Below, in pieces: positions 56,483-64,000 of a stretch of DNA of 64,000 bases. The stretch spans positions 34,161 through 98,160 of the forward strand of contig JBPOIT010000012.1 in assembly GCA_052034235.1 (NCBI GenBank). Direction: 5' to 3'. A program made the position numbers and the translations under genes. Below the pieces are notes generated by a model. The model was not told the DNA's origin, searched no databases, and saw only the letters and a list, made by a program, of their open reading frames with translations. This DNA is from Candidatus Levyibacteriota bacterium (GTDB lineage Bacteria; Patescibacteriota; Microgenomatia; Levybacterales; UBA12049). How positions within the stretch are numbered: position 1 is the first letter of the stretch; the number at the start of each line of letters is the position of its first letter.

Positions 56483-57457
56483 ATGATTAGATCGCAGACA
56501 ATCCTTTCCGCACTGCCTCACGTACTTAAAACTATCGACCTACCAAACCTCGGAAAAAAATATCAGGGAAAAGTTCGTGATTTTTATTTATCTGGTGATA
56601 AACGGGTCACAATTACAACAGATAGACAATCTGCATTTGATCTCGTCCTTGGACACATTCCGTTTAAAGGAGCAGTACTTAATCAATTAGCTGCATTTTG
56701 GTTTGAAAAAACCAAACATATTGTTCCCAATCATGTCATCAGTGTCCCTGACCCAAATGTCCTTGTTTCCAAACAATGTAAAAACTTTCCAATAGAAATA
56801 GTCGTTCGGGGATACCTCACCGGGGTTGCCAATACATCAATTTGGTATTCATACGAAAAAGGTGAACGAACAATTTATGGTATGGAATTTCCGGATGGAA
56901 TGCATAAAAATCAAAAATTACCAATACCAATTATCACACCAACAACACATCCAGAAGCAGGCAGTGATAAACATGATGAACGGTTAACTCGGGATGAAAT
57001 TATCAATCAAAAAATTGTTGACCCAAAACTCTACGAGCGGGCTGAACAGGCGGCTTTGAAATTATTTGATTTCGGCAGTAAATGGTGTCTCAAACACGGA
57101 CTGATTCTTGTTGATACAAAATATGAATTTGGATTATATAACGGAGAACTAACACTTATTGATGAAATCCATACACCTGACAGTTCTCGCTTTTGGATTG
57201 CAGATACGTACGAGAAAAGAATCGCCAAAGGTTTGGAGCCAGAAAATTATGACAAGGAGTTTATTAGACTGTGGTACACAAAACGTGTAAATCCGTACAA
57301 AGATAAAATTCCCCCAATGACTGAAGATCTCATCGTACAAGTTGCTAAACGTTATATTGGCGCATATGAAAAACTCACTGAGAAAAAATTCAAACCGTTT
57401 CAGTATCCAATTGAAACCCGCATCAAACAAAACCTCAAAAAAGCTGCTATCATATAA
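56483..57457 (+). CDS. purC: SAICAR synthetase
   Basis: GKVRD, TDRQSAFD, EIVVRGYLTG, LVDTKYEFG, DEIHTPDSSRFW, DKEFIR. Confidence 0.96.
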   Translation: MIRSQTILSALPHVLKTIDLPNLGKKYQGKVRDFYLSGDKRVTITTDRQSAFDLVLGHIPFKGAVLNQLAAFWFEKTKHIVPNHVISVPDPNVLVSKQCKNFPIEIVVRGYLTGVANTSIWYSYEKGERTIYGMEFPDGMHKNQKLPIPIITPTTHPEAGSDKHDERLTRDEIINQKIVDPKLYERAEQAALKLFDFGSKWCLKHGLILVDTKYEFGLYNGELTLIDEIHTPDSSRFWIADTYEKRIAKGLEPENYDKEFIRLWYTKRVNPYKDKIPPMTEDLIVQVAKRYIGAYEKLTEKKFKPFQYPIETRIKQNLKKAAII

Positions 57458-57462
57458 TTCTT

Positions 57463-58314
57463 ATGCTACTCCCCGCTTGGCTTCTTTTTGCGATTTTACA
57501 AGGTTTGACATCAAACGCATTTAATTTTTTCAGCAGGTATATCCTCAGAGGAAATGATGACGGGACTGCTTTTGCATGGCTTATGCAACTTATCCGTTTT
57601 ACCTTTTTTATTGTCTATGCAATACTTTTTGATTGGAGACTCGTTATCAGTTTTGAATCGATAGCAACCCTTCTCGTACTCGGCATTACCGAAACAATTG
57701 GCATATATTTCTATATGAAAATGCATACCCATAGCGAACTTTCAATCTCGACCATTCTCTCACGAACAAGAATGCTTTGGGTTCCGCTTTTTGCATTTTT
57801 GATAATTGGTGAGATTCTCAAACCAATTGAATATCTTGGCATTGCAATTCTTTTTATAGGAGTTTCAATAGTGAGTTCTCCGAAGAAAATGTTCGTTGAT
57901 AAAGGAGCACTCTATGCAAATGCATCATCTGTTGTTATAGCTCTTAATATTGTCATTTATAAGCTTTCAATGTCTTATGCTTCGGATCCAATAATACTTG
58001 CAGCTCTTGGTTTTCCGTCAATATTTATTCTTCCATTTTTTATGAGAAATGCGAGAAAAAGAATTGCTATAAATATCAAAGCAAGTCTGGGAATAAAACT
58101 TTTGGCAATCGGTTTTAATATTATTTCAATGTTCTTTTTTGCACTCGCCATGCAAACAGGAGAAGCAAGTAAAGTAAACGCCGTCTATCAGGGGATGCTT
58201 GTGTTCGCGGTCGTTGCAGGAATTGTATTTCTTAATGAACGAAAAGACATTCCGAAGAAAATTATCGGTACAGCGGTAACTGTTATAGGAGTTGTTTTGT
58301 TAAGCTTATATTAA
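57463..58314 (+). CDS. EamA/DMT family transporter (paralog 1)
   Basis: About 10 TMs in two repeats; IIGEIL and FLNERK; 283 aa. Confidence 0.85.
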   Translation: MLLPAWLLFAILQGLTSNAFNFFSRYILRGNDDGTAFAWLMQLIRFTFFIVYAILFDWRLVISFESIATLLVLGITETIGIYFYMKMHTHSELSISTILSRTRMLWVPLFAFLIIGEILKPIEYLGIAILFIGVSIVSSPKKMFVDKGALYANASSVVIALNIVIYKLSMSYASDPIILAALGFPSIFILPFFMRNARKRIAINIKASLGIKLLAIGFNIISMFFFALAMQTGEASKVNAVYQGMLVFAVVAGIVFLNERKDIPKKIIGTAVTVIGVVLLSLY

Positions 58315-58316
58315 CT

Positions 58317-59168
58317 ATGTTTATCTTTACTTCTTGGTTCATTTTGGCGGCACTTGCAGGCTTTGCGTCAAACGCGTTTAACTTCTTTACACGTTTTGTT
58401 CTCAAGGGCGATGATGACCCAATAGCTTATGCTTGGCTATATGAAACAGTAAGATTTTTTGTTTTTGCAGTGCTCGCAATTTTTGATTATCGGCTTATTA
58501 TTACACCTCAATCAATTTTCTTTTTACTCGGTATTGGCGTTGCTGAATGGATTTCTATGTATTTTTACATGAAGATGCATTCATATACGCACTTGTCCAT
58601 TTCAACTATTGTTTCGAGGACACGGTTGATTTGGGTGGCAATTCTCGCAATTGTTATTGTTGGAGAAAGTCTCATAATGCATGAGTTTTTGGGAATTATT
58701 ATTATCTTTTTGGGACTCAGTATTGTTGTCTCACCAAAAAAACTTACCACAGATAAAGGATTAATTTATGCAAATCTTGCAGCATTTTTAATTGCCATTG
58801 ATATTATTTTTATCAAATTAGCTCTCCCCTATGCATCAAATTCAGTCATCAATGCTGCGATGTCACTTCCAGGTATGCTTTTGTTTCCTCTTTTTATGAA
58901 ACATCCTGTCAAACGAATTGCGCCCACATTAAAACGTAATTTTCGAATTAAAATGGTGGCAATTGGTTTTAATTGTCTAAGTGTGTTCCTGTTTGCACTT
59001 GCCATACGACTTGGAGACACAAGTAAAGTAACAGCAATTTATCAAAGCATGATGGTCGTATCAGTTATCACTGGTATCATTTTTCTTAACGAGCGAAAAG
59101 ACATTGGGAAAAAACTTATCGGCACTGTCGTCACACTTTTCGGTGTAGTACTCTTAACTGTACTCTAA
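58317..59168 (+). CDS. EamA/DMT family transporter (paralog 2)
   Basis: Same length (283 aa) and motifs as paralog 1: SNAFNFF, YFYMKMH, LSISTI.SRTR, FLNERKDI. Confidence 0.85.
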   Translation: MFIFTSWFILAALAGFASNAFNFFTRFVLKGDDDPIAYAWLYETVRFFVFAVLAIFDYRLIITPQSIFFLLGIGVAEWISMYFYMKMHSYTHLSISTIVSRTRLIWVAILAIVIVGESLIMHEFLGIIIIFLGLSIVVSPKKLTTDKGLIYANLAAFLIAIDIIFIKLALPYASNSVINAAMSLPGMLLFPLFMKHPVKRIAPTLKRNFRIKMVAIGFNCLSVFLFALAIRLGDTSKVTAIYQSMMVVSVITGIIFLNERKDIGKKLIGTVVTLFGVVLLTVL

Positions 59169-59178
59169 TAGCTAAAAA

Positions 59179-59187
59179 TGCTATAAT
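59179..59187 (+). promoter_or_regulatory. Internal extended -10 element (TGcTATAAT) for purM
   Basis: Located in the 43-nt gap, 24 nt before ATG 59212. Confidence 0.6.
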
Positions 59188-59211
59188 ATAAGCTAGTTTA
59201 GACACGCTGTT

Positions 59212-60321
59212 ATGGCTATTAAAAAAATCACCTATTCAGAAGTCGGAGACAATTACGACACAAAAGATCCTATTAAAATCCACGCACAAAAGGCTGCAGC
59301 ACTTACTGGTAAAAATCTGATGACACATGGTTTTGAAGAACTTTCTGATTCTCGCGGTGAATCAGCTTATGTCTGGAAACAGGGAAGTGTTTATATGGCA
59401 GCAGTTGCCGAACAATTGGGTACCAAAAATCTAGTCGCTGATGAAACACGAAAAATAACTGGTAAAACATATTACGATATTATTGCAAAAGACACCGTCG
59501 CAACGATCATCAATGATCTGACAACAGTTGGTGCACAACCGCTTGTAATTCACGCATACTGGGCAATCGAAAACAATGACTGGCTTGCTGATGAAGAACG
59601 TATGACTGATCTTATCAATGGATGGAAACAGGCATGTGATTTAGCAGGAGCATCATGGGGTGGCGGTGAAACACCTACGCTTAAAGGAATTATTACGCCA
59701 AATACCGTCGCGTTAGGCGGATCAGCAATTGGACTTATCTCAAAGAAAAAGCGCTATCTCCGCGATAAAAATATCAAAGACGGAGACCAGATTCTTTTTC
59801 TCAAAAGTAACGGTATTAATGCCAACGGTCTTTCTCTCTCAAGAGCTGTTGCAAAAAACCTCCCGAAGGGCTATGCTACCAAACTTTCAACTGGTGAAAT
59901 ATACGGCGAAGCGATTTTAACTCCCACCAACATTTACGCCAAACTTATCCAGGATCTTTTGGATAACGACATAGAACTTCATTATATTTCAAATATCACG
60001 GGACATGGCCTCCGAAAACTTATGCGTGCAAGACAAAATTTCACCTACGTGGTAGAAAAACTGTTTGATCCACAGGAATTATTCAACTTCATGCAAAAAC
60101 ATGCCAACCTCAGCGACTATGAGATGTATGACGAATTTAATATGGGACAAGATTATGCACTCATCTTACCTGAGAAAGATATTAAAAAAGCACAAGCAAT
60201 TGTAAAAAAACACAAATTTGAAAGCCTCCACGCAGGACATGTCGAAAAAGGCCCACGACAAGTCATCCTCAAATCGAAAAACATATCCTTCGAAGGAGAA
60301 CGCCTCCAAGTCCGCATTTAA
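59212..60321 (+). CDS. purM: AIR synthetase (divergent form)
   Basis: ITY, LGTK, DTVA.IINDL..VGA.P, GGGET, SNGINANG, ITGHG, FNMG. Confidence 0.9.
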   Translation: MAIKKITYSEVGDNYDTKDPIKIHAQKAAALTGKNLMTHGFEELSDSRGESAYVWKQGSVYMAAVAEQLGTKNLVADETRKITGKTYYDIIAKDTVATIINDLTTVGAQPLVIHAYWAIENNDWLADEERMTDLINGWKQACDLAGASWGGGETPTLKGIITPNTVALGGSAIGLISKKKRYLRDKNIKDGDQILFLKSNGINANGLSLSRAVAKNLPKGYATKLSTGEIYGEAILTPTNIYAKLIQDLLDNDIELHYISNITGHGLRKLMRARQNFTYVVEKLFDPQELFNFMQKHANLSDYEMYDEFNMGQDYALILPEKDIKKAQAIVKKHKFESLHAGHVEKGPRQVILKSKNISFEGERLQVRI

Positions 60322-60368
60322 CCCTACCAATTATTGTATGAATTATGTAAGAAGATTTTATTTTCTTG

Positions 60369-60384
60369 TGTGATGTGGATCACA
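60369..60384. promoter_or_regulatory. CRP/FNR-family-like operator TGTGAT-N4-ATCACA
   Basis: TGTGATGTGGATCACA in an intergenic region; second palindrome GTTGAT-AA-ATCAAC at 60409-60422. Confidence 0.5.
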
Positions 60385-60475
60385 GTGGTGAGAAAATATT
60401 TTGAAAAGGTTGATAAATCAACGCAAAGTGCACACATTTTGATAACATTAAATCCATATTAAAAGAAATACATCA

Positions 60476-60504
60476 TTGACAGAATTGTAAGAAGCCGGTA
60501 AGCT
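60476..60504 (+). promoter_or_regulatory. sigma70 promoter for the GH130-like gene
   Basis: TTGACA 60476-60481, 17 nt, TAAGCT 60499-60504; leader hairpin AGCGG-A-ACAA/TTGT-A-CCGCT at 60512-60538. Confidence 0.65.
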
Positions 60505-60567
60505 TAAATCAAGCGGAACAAGTACCAATTGTACCGCTGTTATTCTTGTTTCTGCATTTATAAAAAC

Positions 60568-62388
60568 ATGGTGAAAATTGTCGGAATCGCACAAAAAGAT
60601 AAAGAATTTTTCCTCTATTTCTCTTATACAAAAGGGCCGCATAGTTATTTCAAAGGAATTCCAAGCCGTGACGGATTTAAATTTGACGGACCAGCCAAAT
60701 ATATCATCGTCACTGATGAAAAAAAACGCGAAGAAAAGAAACACGAATGGAAAAACCTGCGCGTAGCGAAAGACAAAGAATCCTTCTTTATTACCTATAG
60801 ACCAGATGGAAAAACATTACCTTTAAATACTGCTAGCTCAGGAGATTTGATCAGGTGGAAAAAGAAAGGCAAAATAGATGACGTAAAAGAAGTTGGAGCA
60901 CTTGTACCTGATTTTAAATTTAAAAACAAACATGTCTTGTATTTTGGAGAGAAAGTTATTAAAGCGGCATTCTCAGGAGATCTGAATACATGGAAAGTAC
61001 AAGATGAACCCATACTAACACCACGTAGTGACTTTTTTGATGATGGAGATTTGGAAGTTGGTAATGCATTTGAAGTCCATGGACATATCATGCTTGTCTA
61101 TTACGTCAAGAAAAAAGTAAAGGGTAAGCCACGTTTCCAAGTTGGTGTTTGTTTCCTTGATAAAAAAGATCCCACTAAAGTTACATGGCGTGCACATAAG
61201 CCGCTTTGGGAACAACCAGAAGAATTTCATAACGACAACCTCAAGCCACTGGGTGTAGCAGCAACAGACAATGAAGTCATTCTCTATTGGATAGTCGGTG
61301 AACATAATGTCTATGCTGTTTCATGTCCGTTGCCAGGACACCATGTGGATTTAAAAGATAAATTCCATGAGACGATTATCAAAAAGTTTGGACACAACCC
61401 AATTCTTACACCAAACACGGATAACAAATGGGAATCTCGGGCGACATTTAACAGTGCAGCGGTATATGAAGACGGCCGTGTTCATTTCTTATACAGAGCA
61501 CTTGGCGATACTGATTTGTCTGTTTTGGGTTACGCGACAAGTAAAGACGGCTTCACAATTGATGAACGATCAGACGAACCATGTTATTTCCCGCGCGAGC
61601 CATTTGAAACGCCTGGTGGACACAGGTTTGGAAAATTTGCAGATCACTTTGCATCCGGAGGCGGTTATGGCGGCATTGAAGACCCACGTATTACAAGAGT
61701 CGGTGATGAGATGGTTTTGACCTATGTCGCGTTTGATGGAGCAAATCCTCCACGCGCTGCTATGAGTACAATAAAGGTTGATGATTTCCTCAAACGAAAA
61801 TGGGATCAATGGACACAAGCCAAGCTCATCTCAGCACCTGGCATGGTAAACAAAAGTGCTGTTGCCTTCCCTGAGAAGATAAACGGTAAATATGTGATGC
61901 TTCATAGAGTGTATCCAAATATTCTGATCGACTATCTTGATGATCTGAAATTCGATAAATATCTCCAAGGTCATCATTTTATCCCACCAAGAAAGAGATT
62001 CTGGGATAGTAAAAAAGTAGGAGCAGGCGCTCCTCCAATGCGTACTAAAGACGGATGGCTGTTGATTTATCAATCAGTTGGTTATCAGGATCCAGGCAGA
62101 TACAAGATTGGTGCAATGATGCTTGATATCAATAATCCAAGCAAAGTGCTCTACCGCTCAAGAAAACCAATTATTGCGCCAGACGAACCATACGAAAATA
62201 ATGGCTTTAAAGCTGGCGTTGTTTATCCATGTGGCGCCGTTATCAAAGATGAGAATTTATTTGTTTATTATGGCGGTGCTGATTCATTCCTTTGCGGCGC
62301 ATCACAAAATCTTGATAAATTCCTCTATCAGCTCAAAAATGATCAAGAGCCTACCATGAAACGAGTTTTTGTACCCTCTTTGAACTAA
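60568..62388 (+). CDS. GH130-like glycoside phosphorylase/hydrolase with degenerate N-terminal propeller
   Basis: C-terminal domain NPIL, TFNSA, YRA, EDPRIT, VGAGAPP, VVYPCG, YYGGAD; ATG 60568 preferred (downstream of promoter). Confidence 0.85.
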   Translation: MVKIVGIAQKDKEFFLYFSYTKGPHSYFKGIPSRDGFKFDGPAKYIIVTDEKKREEKKHEWKNLRVAKDKESFFITYRPDGKTLPLNTASSGDLIRWKKKGKIDDVKEVGALVPDFKFKNKHVLYFGEKVIKAAFSGDLNTWKVQDEPILTPRSDFFDDGDLEVGNAFEVHGHIMLVYYVKKKVKGKPRFQVGVCFLDKKDPTKVTWRAHKPLWEQPEEFHNDNLKPLGVAATDNEVILYWIVGEHNVYAVSCPLPGHHVDLKDKFHETIIKKFGHNPILTPNTDNKWESRATFNSAAVYEDGRVHFLYRALGDTDLSVLGYATSKDGFTIDERSDEPCYFPREPFETPGGHRFGKFADHFASGGGYGGIEDPRITRVGDEMVLTYVAFDGANPPRAAMSTIKVDDFLKRKWDQWTQAKLISAPGMVNKSAVAFPEKINGKYVMLHRVYPNILIDYLDDLKFDKYLQGHHFIPPRKRFWDSKKVGAGAPPMRTKDGWLLIYQSVGYQDPGRYKIGAMMLDINNPSKVLYRSRKPIIAPDEPYENNGFKAGVVYPCGAVIKDENLFVYYGGADSFLCGASQNLDKFLYQLKNDQEPTMKRVFVPSLN

Positions 62389-62455
62389 GATTGTAGAAAC
62401 TAGAATAGGCTTGTGGTACTTGTGATTTTCAATAGACACGTGATACCATTAATAT

Positions 62456-64000
62456 ATGGTTAAGCTTCAGCGCCATCCTAATAATCCAATACTTTCTCCT
62501 CTTCCTGATTTAGCCTGGGAACATGACGGTGCCTTTAATGGAAGTGTTGTCGAACATGACGGTGTATTTCACATGGTTTATAGAGCTCTCTCTTCCACAA
62601 AAAAACAAGCAGGTATTGATATGCGTGTTTCAACAGTTGGCTATGCAGAAAGCAGCGATGGCGTTCAATTTGGTACACACAAACAACTCATAGTGCCCAC
62701 TGAAGACTGGGAACTTTTTGGGGTTGAAGATCCACGTATAACGTATTTTGAAGGTTCGTATTATATATTTTATACAGCATTATCGGTCTATCCTTTTAGC
62801 GCCTACGGGATTAAAACCGCAGTCGCCAAAACAACAGATTTCAAAACATTTGAAAAACACCCAGTTTCAACCTTTAACGCAAAAGCAATGGCACTTTTTC
62901 CTGAAAGAATAAACGGTAAAATTGCCGCTCTCATAACGATTAATACTGATATGCCGCCAGCAAAAATTTGCTTGGCACTTTTTGACCATGAAGAAGATAT
63001 ATGGTCACATCATTATTGGGAAGACTGGTATGAAAATGCCAACGAACACACATTGCATTTATTGAGAGATATGACTGATCAGATAGAACTAGGTTCTACT
63101 CCTGTCAAAACCAAAGACGGATGGCTGGTTATCTATTCCTATATAGGAAACTATATGTCAAACAACAAACACTTTGGCATTGAAGCAGTACTACTTGATT
63201 TGGATGATCCTCGAAAAATAATTGGTAGAACTGAATACTCACTCATTTCACCTGAGAAAGATTATGAACTTTATGGTGATGTACCGAACGTTATTTTTCC
63301 ATCAGGAGCTCTTATTAATGGCAATCAATTGCATGTCTATTATGGTGCAGCAGATACACGAGTAGGACTCGCAACATGTAACATAAATGAACTGCTGAAC
63401 GAACTGACTGTGAACAAACCTGTCGTTAAACCAAATATTGCGTCCCCTCATAAATTCACACGTTTTCCAGGAAATCCGATCCTAGAGCCAATACTTGAGC
63501 TGCCGTGGCAAGCACAAGCAGTTTTCAATCCTGCAACAATTTACGAGGATGGAAAAATACATATTCTTTACCGAGCTCAATCAATGGATGGAACATCAGT
63601 CATGGGGTATGCAGTAAGTAAAGACGGCTTACATATAGACGAAAATCTTGATTACCCTATTTATACTCCAAGAGAACCCTTTGAACAAAAATTACATCAG
63701 ATTGGAAATTCTGGATGTGAAGATCCCAGAATTACAAAAATCGGTGATAGAATTTATATGACCTACACCGCTTACGATGGCAAAACACCACCGAGAGTGG
63801 CTCTGACATCGATTGCTATCACAGACTTTTTAAACAGAGACTGGCATTGGGATCGACCGAAATTGATATCGCCAGCTGGCGTTGATGATAAAGATGCCTG
63901 TATCGTACAAGGTAAAAAAGAAGGCACATATCTCGCATTCCATAGACTCAGTGATGCAATTTGGCTACAGGTAAGTAATACGCTTGATTTTTCTGAACAA
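62456..64000 (+). CDS. Double GH130-like domain protein, truncated by window end (absent from ORF track)
   Basis: Hand translation MVKLQRHPNNPILSP...AFNG...YRA...GVEDPRIT...NVIFPSG...YYGAAD, then RFPGNPILEP...VFNP...YRA...GCEDPRIT; TGaTACCAT 6 nt upstream. Confidence 0.88.
   Translation, partial: MVKLQRHPNNPILSPLPDLAWEHDGAFNGSVVEHDGVFHMVYRALSSTKKQAGIDMRVSTVGYAESSDGVQFGTHKQLIVPTEDWELFGVEDPRITYFEGSYYIFYTALSVYPFSAYGIKTAVAKTTDFKTFEKHPVSTFNAKAMALFPERINGKIAALITINTDMPPAKICLALFDHEEDIWSHHYWEDWYENANEHTLHLLRDMTDQIELGSTPVKTKDGWLVIYSYIGNYMSNNKHFGIEAVLLDLDDPRKIIGRTEYSLISPEKDYELYGDVPNVIFPSGALINGNQLHVYYGAADTRVGLATCNINELLNELTVNKPVVKPNIASPHKFTRFPGNPILEPILELPWQAQAVFNPATIYEDGKIHILYRAQSMDGTSVMGYAVSKDGLHIDENLDYPIYTPREPFEQKLHQIGNSGCEDPRITKIGDRIYMTYTAYDGKTPPRVALTSIAITDFLNRDWHWDRPKLISPAGVDDKDACIVQGKKEGTYLAFHRLSDAIWLQVSNTLDFSEQ

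Noticed and set aside
1-64000. Alternative genetic code 25, tRNA/rRNA genes, IS elements or prophage
   Set aside because: TGA terminates many conserved genes at the expected length; no cloverleaf, transposase, integrase or phage gene recognised

Overview
Gene-dense, AT-rich bacterial chromosome window in genetic code 11 (TGA is used as stop). Gene content and style point to Patescibacteria/CPR, probably Microgenomates; this is an inference, as no marker gene is present. Order: (1) recJ, cca, mscL, yqeY, a DUF6338-like module, secDF, DUF3048 and DUF4446 genes, and a 47-aa CxxC/CxxC gene missing from the ORF track; (2) a ~19 kb surface-glycan region (GT-C enzymes including a TMTC-like one, a polyprenol-P GT2-GtrA fusion, uxs, gmd, rmd, ugd, rmlABCD, three more GT2s, an ELWxxDGT surface protein); (3) tsaE-tsaC-short tsaB, and ftsE-ftsX followed by a coiled-coil peptidase; (4) a VUT transporter / DHFR-like / CofE-like triad and prfB; (5) a ~17.8 kb complete de novo IMP cluster with a PurF-PurN fusion, PurS-fused PurL and two archaeal-type PurP genes flanking purH; (6) two tandem-domain GH130-like genes. 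Best leads: a circularly permuted M23 peptidase with intact catalytic motifs behind ftsEX; a candidate folate-salvage operon near a purine pathway with folate-dependent and folate-independent routes; pervasive leaderless promoters against one perfect Shine-Dalgarno gene with a possible 3' anti-SD switch; and a candidate protein O-glycosylation system. No rRNA, tRNA, CRISPR array or mobile element was seen. All family calls are by-eye motif recognition, not database searches.
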